Below, piece after piece: positions 13,355 to 26,269 of a DNA stretch of 64,000 nucleotides; position 1 is the stretch's first letter; the number at the start of each line of letters is the position of its first letter. The DNA comes from Heptranchias perlo (lineage: Eukaryota), in the NCBI RefSeq assembly GCF_035084215.1, contig NC_090366.1, positions 10,230,001 to 10,294,000 of the forward strand. The letters are read 5' to 3'. A model generated the notes under the pieces. It did no database searches. It had not been told where the DNA came from and worked only from the letters and a program-made list of their open reading frames with translations. Both the position numbers and the translations under genes were made by a program.

Positions 13355-14008
13355 CTACATAAGAACATAAGAAATAGGAGCAGGAGTAGGCCATATGGCC
13401 CCTCGAGCCTGCTCTGCCGTTCAATCAGATCATGGCTGATCTTCAACCTCAACTCCACTTTCCCGCCTGATCCCCATATCCCTTGATTCCCCTAGAGTCT
13501 AAAAATCTATCCATCTCAGTCTTGAATATACTCAACGACTCAGCATCCACAGCCCTCTGGGATAGAGAATTTCAAAGCTTCACAGCCCTCTGAGTGAAGA
13601 CATTCTTCCTCATCTCAGTCCTAAATGACCTAACCTTTATCCTGAGAATATGCCCCCTAGTTCTAGACCCTCCAGCCGGGGTAAACAGCCTCTCAACATC
13701 TACCCTTTCAAGCCCTCTCACAAATTCCATATGTTTCGATGAGATCACCTCTCATTCTTCTAAACTCCAGAGAATATAAGGCCATTCTACTCAATCTCTC
13801 CTCATAGGACAACCCTCTCATCCCAGGAATCAATCTAGCGAACCTTCATTGTACGGGTTATGAGGCAAATATATCCTTCCTTTGGTAAGGAGTCCAAAAC
13901 TATACACAGTACTCCAGATGTGGTCTCACCAAAGCCCTGTACAATTGTAGCAAGACTTATTTACTCTTGTGCTCCAACCCCCTTGCAATAAAGGCCAACA
14001 TACCATTT
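13355..14008 (-). mobile_element. CR1 3' fragment
   Basis: acataagaacataagaaataggagcaggagtaggcc tail plus reverse-strand RT C-terminal sequence. Confidence 0.85.
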
Positions 14009-17000
14009 GCAAATACTGACTGCACAGTTCAGTTGGTCTGCACAACCACTGCTGTGGAACTGAACTCTGTAGACGAGAAGCTCCCAGTGCAATCGCTCCT
14101 CGATGCTGATTTCCATCGCAGTGATATATTTGGCCTGATTTGGGCCGAGGTGGTGGGAAAACAATCGAGGTTCGTGCTCTTACGAAAATACGAAATTGAC
14201 GGGCAGGAAAAGACCATCTGGTCCATCAAGCCTGCCCCACATTAATGACAGATGGAGCATCATGTCGAGATATGCCCTCACCTCCAGCCATGGGAGAGGC
14301 AAACAACCAGATAAAGACCCAAGGCTAACAAGGGGAAAAAATACTCTGGAAAATTTCTCTCCAACCCCCTCAGGCAATCGAAACCAGTCCGGGAGATCAC
14401 ATGGACCGTGTGTTTTCTCTAAAGCCACTTACCTTTGATATGATACGGTGTCTGCTCCAGTCGAGAATTGGTCCAGCTCCCCCTTGAAGGCACGCAGAGA
14501 GTCAGCACTCACTGTATCAGCAGACAACGCATCCCAGAGGCAATGGTTGATCTCTGTTGAACCCTCCTAGAAAGCCCGGGAGAGTGTCCATGGTCTGAGC
14601 ACAGCAGGGCCAAATAGACTGCAGGCACTCAGTGTATGGCACACCCTTTGCGTGATTATCCCACACCATAATTGCAAGGCCACCAACATTAAATATGGAA
14701 CCAATGTCGACCAACATGTGGATCAGGCCTCCTTTCTCCCCCAGCCCATGTGCAATTTACAACCATTAACTTTGCCAAAAAATCTAATCTTCTGAGGGTG
14801 TTGAGGAACCAGAGGGAAACGTCCATCAAGATAAAACTTTGCAATTTGTCCCTGACCGCTGGAGCCAAACAGTGCAATTTGCCTTATTCAAACATCATAC
14901 AATTACAGAATCATTGAATCATAGAATGATACAGCACAGAAGGAGGCCATTCGGCCTACCGTGCCTGTGCCGGCTCTTTGGTAGAGCTATCCAATTGGTC
15001 CCACTCCCCTGCTCTGTCCCCATGGCCCTGTAATTCACCGAGCCTTGTGCCATCTGCAAACTCTGTAACCGTATACCCAAGCCCAGGTCACCAACACATA
15101 TCAAAAAGAGCAGTGGTTCCAATACTGACCCCTGGGGGGCACCAGTCTGGAAAACAACCGTTCACCACTGCTCTCCGCCCTCTGTCCCCGAGCCAATCTC
15201 TTATCCATGCTGCCATTGTCTCCCCAATCCCATGTGCTCCAACCTCGCCAAGAGATTTAGAGTTCCATGTAACCCTAGACTTGGCGCTGAATCGTTTCTG
15301 GGATTAGTAGATGCTCTACACTTGCCTATAAAATATACAATTATATAAAAGTTACAACAAGGAATCAAAGCAGTCAGTATTGGTATTGATCCTCTACTTG
15401 GAAAGTGGATCTAATTCCACGTGCCTTCTCTCTTCCTCCCTTCCTTTCCCCCCATTCATTTAACCGGCTACCTAAGTAGACAAAAAATCTCTTATTTTCT
15501 GTTCCAAATTTAATCTATTCTCTCTATCTCCTTATTCTAGACCCCGAATCACTGGAAACAGTCTGGTTCTGTCTGCAATCTCTCATATAGTCACAGTTTC
15601 ATACATTTCTGTCATATCTCTCCACAATATCCTCTGCACTATGGCGGACACAGATTTAAAATATTTGGCAAAAGAACCAGAGGGGGAGATGAGGAGAATT
15701 TTTTTTACGCAGCGAGTTGTTATGAGCTGGAATGCACTGCCTGAAAGCAGATTCAATAATAACTTTCAAAAGGGAATTGGATAAATACTTGAAGGTGGAA
15801 AATTGCAGGGCTATGGGGAAAGAGCAAGGGGAGTGGGACTAATTGGAAAGCTTTTCCAAAGAGCCGGCACAGGTGCGATGGGCCGAATGGCCTGCTCCTG
15901 TGTTGAATCATGATACTAGGGAAAGCTACCCCAATTTTGAAGTTTTCCTTCCTATTTGGCTTTGCTCGTAACAGTGATTCTGTGCTGCTCTCTCTCCTTT
16001 GCTTTAATATCTACCTTATAGCGTAGAGCCCAAGACTGCACCCAGTACTCCAACTGTGGTCCAACTAAGGTTTGCTTCAGGTTCGCCATTTCACGCGACT
16101 TTAATATTCTATACTTCTTGCTATAAAACCGAGTTTTCCATTAGCATGTAAATAGCCTTGTCCACTTGAAGTGCTGCTTTTAATGTCTTAATATCCAAAT
16201 GCACAAATCCCTCCGCTTTTACGCAGCTTTGCACTATTAAACGTATAATATTTAATTTTTTAACCAAATTATACCACCTGTCATGAACTTTCAATTCCAC
16301 TTGTTACTTTTTATTTTGCTCATCCAAACACCTTATCAATAATCCTTCCATTGGTCTTCAATATTATTTATTATGTCTCCTATTTTAGTGTCATCTTCAA
16401 ATTTGGACGAAATTTCCTCTTGCTCTGTACCCAAATCATTGATGTTCGCCGTGAATTTAATCGGTCTCAGAACAGATAATCGGTGCCCATCTCCCACCAC
16501 CCTGAGAAACCACTGTTAACTCCTACTCTCCGCGTCCTCCCTTCTAACCAAGTTTAATGCAGTGAGCTACACACTCTCTAATTTCATACTTCTTACTCTT
16601 CGCCAATGGTCCCTTGTCTCCTAATTTGTCCAAGCCTGTTGCAGTGATCAGTTGCTGTAAAACACTTCGGGGCTTACTTAGGAGGGTAAAAGGTGCTCTA
16701 TGACTGCAATTTGCTTTTCATACCTACACATATCTTTAAAACCTTCAACCCGTTTTCAATTGGATCTCAATGGAAAGGGAAATTTGATTTATGTGTCAAA
16801 AATAAAACCGATTTCCACATTCTGATTTGTTTGTTGATTCTGATCCCTCGCCACCAGTATGATATTTCTGCTGAAGCCATCATGAGTTTTACATTAGAGG
16901 AACCTTCTGCTCTTCTCCAGTAAGGTACTACCATATCTATACTTTTCCAGTCTCTTTATAGCTTCAGCTTCACCTTTCTATGATGACAGGCGTTTTGCAG

Positions 17001-17403
17001 TGGTATCTAGGACATACCCGGTCTGTATCGCACTGGGAAGTGTTGTAACCAATAGGGTAGATTAGTTCTTCCTTATTTGTAAAGAGTTAATGTTGATTGT
17101 AAATGCTGCGTGTCTGACTGTTTGGCAGGATTGTAGGTCGAAGGTTCATTATGAGATGAATTCATATGATAAAATGAATGCTGGTTAACGAAATGATGCC
17201 AATATTAATTGGCGAGGCAGTTACTTATTTTATACAAGGGATAATTCACAATAGGTAACTTAATTTCAATACAGAGCACACAGACAGTATAATAGAATTA
17301 GATTATGCTTCTAATTCTTTCTCAGACTTTAGATCGAATCGCCACTCGACAAATTTAAGATTGAGATGTCCGGTCACACATGCGTTTCCTTCTCGTCTTA
17401 CAG

Positions 17404-17701
17404 ATAATCCAGATATCTCAGATTCAGGGGAAATGACTGATGGACAACCAGTCAGATTGACCTGTTCTATTACCTACAGTTGCCTAAATTGCAAACTCCA
17501 ACTGAAGTGGATTGATTACAATGGTTCTTTTCCATTTTGGTGGAATCGCTAAGATAGAAAAGAGACTGTGAATGAACTTCTGAGTTCGTGGGCAGTTTCA
17601 TCCACGTTTACCTGCACATCACGGGAAAACGGTGGGATGCAAATTTATAATCGATGGTGTGAGAACTAATGACCCACAATCTCTTACGCTGGAGGTTTTA
17701 T
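17404..17701 (+). pseudogene. Siglec-like copy 1, disrupted C2-set exon
   Basis: cttacag|DNPDISDSGEMTDGQPVRLTCSITYSC...LKW; in-frame TAA at 17550-17552; 298 nt versus 312 nt in copy 2 (14-nt deletion, frameshift); HGKTVGCK...LTLEVL|gtaagt in the shifted frame. Confidence 0.88.
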
Positions 17702-18099
17702 GTAAGTAACTGCTCTAAACTTCATGGAACCAACTTATCGCAAACGACTTCAATGCTTCAAGGGGTAGAAAATCGTGTTGAGCGGTAGATTGGAACTCTA
17801 TATCGGGTGGAGCTTATGACAGTGTCACCGTCCATTTTGTACTGTGCATTCACCACATGCAACTGCAATTGATACTAGCTCAATTGCTAAATTTAAATCT
17901 GAGATAGATAGCTTTTTGGCAACCAAAGGTATTAAGGGATATGGGCCAAAGGCAGGTATATGGAGTTAGATCACAGATCAGCCATGGTCTTATCAAATGG
18001 CGGAGCAGGCACGAGGGGCTGAATGGCCTACTCCTGTTCCTCTGTCTACCTGCTGTAGAAGCTTTAATGTGGAATGGGTTTAGGGCAGTGTGAATCCCG

Positions 18100-19200
18100 T
18101 TCAGTTTGGGTAAAGGATTGAGATCACAAAATTGCTTCGAACTATGCTCCAATGGGAACAAAATGCTTGTGGGTGAATCCAAATCTAAGGGTCATAAATA
18201 TAAGATAGTCACTAATAAATCCAATAAAGAATTCACAAGAAACTTATTTACCCAGAGAGTGGTGAGAATGTGGAACTCACTACCACATGGAGTAGTTGAG
18301 GCGAATAGTGTAGATGCATTTAAGGGGAAGCTGGATAAACACATGAGGGAGAAAGGAATAGAAGGATATGGTGATAGGGTGAGATGGAGAGAGGGAGGAG
18401 GCTCGTGTGCAGCATAAGCACAAGCATGTACCAGTTGGGCCGAATGGCCTGTTTTTACACTGCAAATTTGACGTGATTATATGTAAATGTTCAAAGACGT
18501 ATTTACGATGTGACTACGTACAGCGTTCACCGCAATTCCATTGGGACGCAAACGCCTTCGCAAATCACTCTGCAGAAATATATTGACCCCGAACATAAAC
18601 GGTTCAGCTCAGATCAGGTTCAATTCCTTCCCTACTGTTTGTTACAGATTGACGCTGGGTATATCGAAGTTGAACTCTAAAAGTGTTTTCTTTTCTTGCG
18701 ATGAAACCAACTGCGATTCACGTACGCTACTGGAAGTTTCTCGAATACTGGAAAATGTGAAGGATGTTTCCAGCGTGGGGACTCGTGAACATGGAACAAT
18801 TAACATAACTGGAAGCGAATACCATGTACACCATTATGGGGGCAGGGTTTGATACAATACCCCTTCCCTCCAAACACTGCAGGAACTCTTGTGAGAATGA
18901 ATATCTATCAGAGAATATTTAATAAATTCACTTCTGTTTGTTGGTATTTTTGAATTGCATTCACAAACTCTTTTCTAGTATTTTACCATTGGTCTCTCCT
19001 TTTCAAATACAGCACAGGATGAGACTTAATCATTGATGCCTTTGTTCTTTTTATTTAAAATATGAAATCAGCTAGTTTCTAAATAATCAATACACCGCTA
19101 CACATTATAAATTCTGCTGGAATTCCCTATGGCTCAGATTGCAGCCTTCGTTTGCTGGCTCGCCTGTTCTGTCAGCCGTGGGCTCTTGCTTGTGAATTAG
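18100..19200 (+). repeat. Segmental duplication block Y, paralogous to ~60040-61200
   Basis: Shared CR1 tail followed by shared unique sequence, e.g. gtgaacatggaacaattaacataactg and atatttaataaattcactt at both sites. Confidence 0.85.
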
Positions 19201-20215
19201 AAGGTTTGTTGCTTCCAGCCTCCCTCCAGAGACTTGGACACATCATCCGGGTTGATGCTTCAATGGACTACTGAGGGAGTGCTGCACTGTTGGAGGTGCC
19301 ATCTCCCAGGAGGCCCCATCTGCCCTCTCGGGGTACAAAAGACCCCAAGGCACTATTGGGAGACAAATAGCTGAGTTCTCCCCAGTGTCCTGGGCCCAAT
19401 ATTTATTCCTGGACCAACATCACAAAATAACTGATTATCAGGTCATTTATTGCATTGCTGCTATTGGGATCTTGCAAATTGGCGACGCTAGAACAGTGAC
19501 TATACTTCAAAATTCCTATTATTGCTTGTTTAATAGTACCAGCCAGGGGAAACAACCTCTCGGCATCTACCCTGTCAAGCCTTCTCAGGATCTTTTATGT
19601 TTCAATGAGATCACCTCTCATTTTTCTAAACTCCAGAGAGCGTAGGTCCATTCTACTCAATCTCTCCTCATAGGACAACCCTCTCATCCCAGGAATCAAT
19701 CTAGTGAACCTACAATGCACTGCCTCCAAGGCAAATATATCCTTCCTTAGGTAAGGAGACCAAAACTGAACACAGTACTCCAGGTGTGGTCTCACCGAAG
19801 CCCTGTACAATTGTAGCAAGACTCCCTCACTCTTGTACTCCAACCCCCTTGCAATAAAGGCCAACGTGCCATTTGATTAGGACATATCTCAGATAAATAC
19901 TCTGTTTCCCCTGGCTGGAATTCTCTACCCCGGAGGGCTATAGATGCTCAGTCATTGAGTATATTCAAGGCTGAGATCGATAGATTTTTGGACTCTAGGG
20001 GAATCAAGGGATATGGGGATCGGGCGGGAAAGTGGAGTTGAGGTCAAAGATCAGCCATGATCTTATTGAATGGTGAAGCAGGCTCGAGGGGCCGAATGGC
20101 CTACTCCTGCTCCTATTTCTGATGTTCTTATGTTCCTAAAAGTACTCCATTGGCTGTAAGGCGCTTCGGGACATCTTGAGGTCGTGATAGGTGCTACAGA
20201 AATGCAAATCTTTCA
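19170..20215 (+). mobile_element. Deu-domain SINE interrupted by a 5'-inverted CR1 insertion (~19535-20136)
   Basis: SINE breaks at cttcaaaa (19512) and resumes aaaagtactcc (20137); insert is minus-strand CR1 (ORF 19595..19864) then a plus-strand CR1 tail. Confidence 0.75.
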
Positions 20216-21064
20216 TTACATGGGGTGGTGGCTCCGAGTTAAGTGTCTCCATTCATTATGGTTTCATTAATGAATATTGTGACTTCATGACATTCGGATG
20301 TCACATCCAGACATAGTTTGGAAAGTGCGAAACTCAGTACCAAGGGATAGGAGGCAGAATTGTGATTGTGATTCCTGCAGAAAACACGTCGGGAGGAATT
20401 TCAAATAGTCCCAGTGAAATAGATTCTCGCTTTAAAGGTCATGAGAACAGGAATAGAAAATTCGGTGAAATGGACGAATTGTATTTTGTTTGCATTTTGT
20501 GAATTAAATGCCTGAATGGAACATTTTTGCGACCTCGTTCTTTGCCTCGAGACTAAATGCCTCGAATCCAAAACACAACAATCCATTGCACCGATTTGTC
20601 GTGTCCATTTCAGTTGACCACCGGGCACTGAAAGATACAGCGCCACGTGACCACTGTCCGGTTGGTCAATAGTTATACCGCACCCGGGTGTTCTCATGTT
20701 GACCAAACCGGCTGTGCCATTGGCAACTGGTGACGTTTATATACCAACATACGAATTAAGAGCAGGAGTAGGCCGTTCGGCCCCTCGAGCCTGCTCTGCC
20801 ATTTGATAAGATCATGGCTGATCTGATTGTGACCTCAACTCTACTTTCCCGTCTACCTACTATAACCTTTGACTCCCTTGTTAATCAGGAATCGGTCTAA
20901 CTCAGCCTTAAAAATATTCAATTTCCTTTCATACCAAGTACGGTATTTCTGTGTTGGTGATGGCGACACTTTGGGAGAAGATTCCCTCTCGTCTCTCTCT
21001 CCGTTAGTGACGGTTTACATTTACGTAGCGTGTGCAGCACAGAAACAGGCCATTCAGCCCAACC

Positions 21065-21670
21065 ATTTTTTAAATTCGTTCATGGGATGTGGGCTTCGCT
21101 GGCGAGGCCAGTATTTATTGCCCATCCCTAATTGCCCCTTGAGAAGGTGGTGGTGAGCCGCCTTCTTGAACCGCTGCAGTCCGTGTGGTGAAGGTTCTCC
21201 CACAGTGCTGTTAGGAAGGGAGTTCCAGGATTTTGACCCAGCGACGATGAAGGAACGGCCGATATATTTCCAAGTCGGGATGGTGTGTGACTTGGAGGGG
21301 AACGTGCAGGTTGTGTTGTTCCCATGTGCCTGCTGCCCTTGTCCTTCTAGGTGGTAGAGGTCGCGGGTTTGGGAGGTGCTGTCGAAGAAGCCTTGGCGAG
21401 TTGCTGCAGTGCATCCTGTGGATGGTACACACTGCAGCCACAGTGCGCCGGTGGTGAAGGGAGTGAGTGTTTAGGGTGCTGGATGGGATGCCAATCAAAC
21501 GTGCTGCATTGTCCTGGATGGTGTCGAGCTTCTTGAGTGTTGTTGGAGCTGCACTCATCCAAGCAAGTGGAGAGTATTCCATCACACTCCTGACTTGTGC
21601 CTTGTAGATGGTGGAAAGGCTTTGGGGAGTCCGGAGGTGAGTCACTCACCGCAGAATACCCAGCCTCTGC
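21065..21670 (-). mobile_element. Second non-LTR (CR1/L2-group) LINE family, 3' fragment
   Basis: ORF 21211..21645 YKAQVRSVMEYSPLAW; same family at 5172-5250, 24010-24250, 35725-36535, 47707-50205, 54240-54500. Confidence 0.85.
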
Positions 21671-22479
21671 CCATGCTGTACACCAGCCACCTCCCATCCC
21701 TGTTCATCTCACCCTATCAATATATCCTTCTATTCCTTTCTCCCTTATGTGTTCATCGAGTTTTCTCTTAAATGCATCTATGCTATTAGTCTAAACCATT
21801 CTTTGTACTAGCGACTTCCACATTCTAACCACTCTCTGGGTAAAGAAGTTTACCTGGTAATCATGTACTGGGAAGATTCCCTTTGGTCTCATTATACCTC
21901 ATTTTGTTTTACACTGCTCTCATTTAGAGCGGGGGATGGTACGGCGAACTTGAATTGAACACAGTGAGGATTCAGGGAGTGACTGATACCTGTTACAATT
22001 CCACATACTACCCATCTAAGCCATCTTAACCGCCTTTTCCTGCAACATTTTTGCGAATTAGTCATTAGTGGTTGCCCACTGTGTGATGGATTGTGTGACC
22101 TCGTAGCCTAGTGGGTTGTAATTAACTGTTTTTATGTGGGTGGTGGAATATTTTGTGTGTGAGGGTGGGCCTGTTTCCAATGCTTAGAGTTTGACAAGGA
22201 AAAAGCAAATATGCCTTTGAGCTCTGTTCGAAACTAGATATCACAAGCTCAGCACAGACAATCCATTCCCCCTCCCCACAAAAAAAAACATAAAACACTG
22301 AACTACAACACGGGTCGTTCAGCACCTGGAGAGCTGTTGATCTGTTTATTTCAAATCGGTTTAGACCTGATTTTAAATACTGGAGAGGAGAAATTTGGGA
22401 TAAAGACTTTGAAGGTCTGTCAATAACGTTACAAACAGCAACATCTACCCTAAGGTGAGAGAGAAGGTGGAGAAAAGAA

Positions 22480-23028
22480 AGACAGAAAGAAAGAACTTGC
22501 ATTTATATAGCGCCTTTTTCGACCTCAAAGCGCTTTGCATCAAGTGAAGTACTTTTGAAGTGTAGTCACTGTTGTAATGTAGAAGTGAATTTGTGCACAG
22601 CAAGATCCCAGCAACATTATAATGACCAGCAAATCGACTTTGGCAGGTATATGGAGTTAGCTCACAGATCAGCCATGATCTTATCAAATGGCGGAGCGGG
22701 CTCGAGGGGCTGAATGGCCTACTCCTGATCCCATGTTGCTAGGTGAGGCTGGTTGAGGGATAAATATTAGCCAGGACACCGGGGAGAACTCTACTGCTCG
22801 TCTTTGAAATAGTGGCCTTGGGATCTTTAAATCCACCTGAGAGGGTTGATCGGGCCTCGGTTTAATGTCGAATCCAAAAGACGCCCCCTCCAACATTGTC
22901 GAAAACCCTCGCTACTGCACCGAAATGCCAGTCTAGAATTTGTGCTTAAATTTCTGGAGTGGGAGTTGAACCCACGACCTTTTGACTCAAGCGGTGTGGG
23001 AGCTATCCGCTGAGCCACGGCTGACACC
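22480..23028 (-). mobile_element. Near full-length Deu-domain SINE with a short CR1 tail inserted (~22640-22735)
   Basis: Reverse complement has a tRNA-like head (gtcagccgtggctcagcgg...gggttcaactccc), Deu core and tataaatgcaagttctttc tail. Confidence 0.78.
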
Positions 23029-24455
23029 TCAATAGTGAGATATTATTATCATGTATTATTTATTGTGTAGATTTATTAATATGGATGTTCTGAGCTCTCA
23101 TTCTGCATTACAGTTTAAACATAGAACTGCAAACAAAACAGCTCCTTTCACGATGCAGCACACGCTATAACCTGATCAAAGGTAAGCGCTTTCTGGTCCT
23201 ATTTTCCACAATGATTCACACCCAAGACCCTCATGGATAGCAGCGAGGTATGGGCTGCAGAAACCGTAACTAATTGGGCTCTAAATAGAACCGAGCTCTT
23301 CACACCTCTGCTCTGGAGGTGCACTGGCACACGGTGTAAATAAACCCACCCCGGTGTAGCCACAATGATTGAGAATAGCAGGTGAGACACTGACTCGTTC
23401 CCAATGTGAGCAGTGGCGAGACACTGAGAGTGCAACATGTGAGCAGTCAGTGTTAAATCCAAACTGAGCTCTTGTACTGATTACACATCATTCCACTTGT
23501 CAGTCTGAGATCAAACTCGGTCTTGTGTGGAGCTTATTTGAGCAGAGAGCATTGCGTCTGCGATTGATCAGATACTACCACAAGAGCTTTTGTTAAACCA
23601 AAGGGGGCCTTGGATCTGAACACTTTTCTCTAAACTAGTCAGTAAAGCAAACTGGTGCCTGGATCTGAAAACACATCCCTAAACTAGTCAGCAAAACTAA
23701 ACAGGGCACCGGAAATGAACACATATCCCTAAACTAGTCAGTAAAACCAAGTTGGGGCGTGGGTCTGAAGGCATATCCCTAAACTAGTCAGTAAAACCCA
23801 AACTGGGCTCTGGTTCTGCGCGCACATCTCTGCTCTTTCTCTTTCGAACTCTCTCTCACCGCCTCAGACATGCTCCATGTCACACACAGTCACTCTCACA
23901 CGCTCGCTCTCTTTTCTGATGGAGGTCTTTAAAATTATGACGGGGTTTGATAGTGTAATTGTAGACAAGATGTTTGTGCCTGCGGAGGTGTCCAAAACGA
24001 AGGGACTTTTTTTTAATCCATTCTTGGGATGTGGGCGTCGCTGGCGAGGCCGGCATTTATTGCCCATCCCTAATTGCCCCTTGAGAAGGTGGTGGTGAGC
24101 CGCTTTCTTGAACCGCTGCAGTCCGTGTGGTGAAGGTTCTCCCACAGTGCTGTTAGGAAGGGAGTTCCAGGATTTTGACCCAGCGACGATGAAGGAACGG
24201 TGATATATTTCCAAGTCAGGGTGGTGTGTGACTTGCAGGGGAACGTGCAGGTATTTTCGACTGTCATAAATATATGATAGATGCTAATAAATCCAATAGT
24301 GAATTCAGGAGGAATCTCTTTATTTAGACAGTCGTTATAATGTGGAACAGGCAGCCACAGAGAGTGGATGAGGAGAATAGCACAGATGCATTTAAGGGGA
24401 AGTTAGATAATTAGTACACGGTCACTCCAGAAAAGGTATCACCCCCTTTTCTGAG
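23005..24455 (+). repeat. Duplication block Z, direct repeat of ~27745-29080
   Basis: Shared aaaccgtaactaattgggctctaaatagaaccgagctcttcacacctctgctctggag, shared 50-bp array and CR1 remnant; ORFs 23199..23462 and 27992..28231 are mutual paralogues. Confidence 0.9.
23590..23830. repeat. ~50-bp minisatellite, about 5 units
   Basis: aaactagtca recurs at 23632, 23681, 23731, 23781. Confidence 0.85.
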
Positions 24456-26106
24456 TACAGAATTAAAATCTGTTGAGCGGGAAGGTGATGTCAGTGTTAC
24501 AGTAGACGAGTCACTGAATGTGCACAGCCACTGCCAAAAGGCCATTGCAAAGGATAATAGAATACTTGGATGGGTAGCGAGGGTGATCCAGTGTAAAAGA
24601 AAATAAAGTGGCTTTGCAGTCCTAGTAAAAGGCGCTGGTTATGCCCCATTTGGAATACTGTGTCCAGTGTTGGTCCTCTCACGCGGTGGGTGAGGTAGAC
24701 AATCTGAAAGAAGGTTGAGCGGAGGGCCACCCGTGAGATACCTAGTTGAAAAGCCCCTGCCCGAGTGAGCTGGGTCCTTTTACTCTGGATAAGTGGAGGC
24801 TCAGGAGCAATTTAAACCGCTGCAGTCCGAGTGATGAAGGTACTCCCACAGTGATGTTAGGTAGGGAATTCCAGGATTTAGACCAAACGATGATGAAGGA
24901 ACGGCAATTTATGACCAAGTCAGGATGGTTTGTGTGACCGAGAGATGAATTTGGATGTGATGGTGAATCGCCGCAACAAATTACCTGATATGGAGTTCAT
25001 AATAGCCCTCATTATTGCTTCGTCCTAGCTCACGTTCTAATTTTAATGGTAATTGCACTGTTCCACTCTACAAACTGAAAGCCTCGCTTGCAACGACTGT
25101 CAGAGTTTCGGATACAGTGATGCAGCCTATCTCCGACCCGTTTTTCCTGTAATCCACACGAGCACGTTGCCCCTTTGTGAGAAATATTTAGACCTGCAAA
25201 ATTTCCCAATAAAAGTTGACTGATATTTCCTTACACTGAAACTGTTTTAACAGTCCGATTGTGTGCCTGTTTAATAGTCAATTAATATTTGATATATATA
25301 TAGTTTGAAACTGATCATAGTGACTAAAATAACAGGCAACATGAAACACAAAGGCATTGGAATGTATTGCGATTTGTTCACCGGCCGCAGCGTTGTTCTG
25401 CACTGCACCAGTTGGTCAAAATTCCAGCCGGTGTACTGAAATTTTCACATGTTATAACACATGATGCTCTGACTTGTCTGTCAGATTGTCCTTACATTTT
25501 ATCTATCGCTTGCACACCCGGAGTTGGAACATCCCGAAGACCAAATTGCAAGGCTTCCCACTCTTCCCATTCTTTCCTCCCCGGACGCCATCTCTTTAAG
25601 CAATAAATAAGTTTAGGTTCCACTGAGACTGTTTCTTCTTAAATATATTTGCCCTTTTGTCAATTTAAGATATCTTTTCGGAAAACGCGCTAATGCATAT
25701 GTAGTTCCTAACACGATGTTGACGCTATAGTTTCACAAAAGTCATCCAAAGTTTATTATCGCTGTTGAGTGAACCCAGTTGCAAGTTTCCCTGTGGACAT
25801 CCAGAGAGGGCAGGATCAGATTCGGGTGATGGGTCTCGCAGCAAACTTCATTGTTAATAGAGCCATTTGCAAAGTAGCAGCTTGAGCGAGGGATTGGAGG
25901 AACCGGAGCTCAGCAAGGAGTCAATTCGTTCAAGGTGGAAGAGGAGAATATTGGGGCAAATACTGCAAGCAACAACAGCGAGCGTTTCCATTGTCTTGAT
26001 TGTAAAAACGGCTGGTATCTCCTGGTTTTTATATTTAGTTCGTTTGGAGAAAGAAACTGAAATGTGGGCAATCAGACAATACGACCTCTGCAGGCTCTGG
26101 TCCTTT

Positions 26107-26264
26107 TCAGTTATACTTAATATCAACATATTGACTCATCTCTATGCCCTGAAGGAACAGTTAAAAAAATGCACAGTGGCGTAATTAATTTCAGGGTTCT
26201 GCTCAGTCGAATCTGTTATCAGTACCCCGACGTTATTGTCTGGCTCATTCTCACAATGATCTCC
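26107..26264 (-). pseudogene. Orphan terminal cytoplasmic exon A of a convergent ITIM receptor (frameshifted)
   Basis: ttgcag|GDHCENEPDNNVGVLITDSTEQNPEINYATVHF; ITIM INYATV; net 16-nt loss puts SQYVDIKYN* out of frame (new stop at 26142); minus-strand AATAAA at 25752-25757. Confidence 0.72.
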
Positions 26265-26269
26265 CTGCA

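Noticed and set aside
14025-14068. Hairpin agttcagtt...aactgaact as a pre-miRNA
   Set aside because: Stem is only about 9 bp, lies among repeat fragments, and has no recognisable mature sequence.
20401-20706. Possible degenerate TM exon of the minus-strand gene
   Set aside because: An acceptor-like site exists but no frame gives a convincing hydrophobic span or donor.
22940-23028. tRNA-like A/B box sequences
   Set aside because: They are SINE heads attached to the Deu core; no complete cloverleaf.
25867-26184. Conserved + strand ORF (MQSSSLSEGLEEPELSKES..., also 55431..55730) with a hydrophobic stretch
   Set aside because: Non-ATG start, no recognisable family, antisense to the 3' UTR; conservation is explained by near-identical DNA. 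Not fully excluded.
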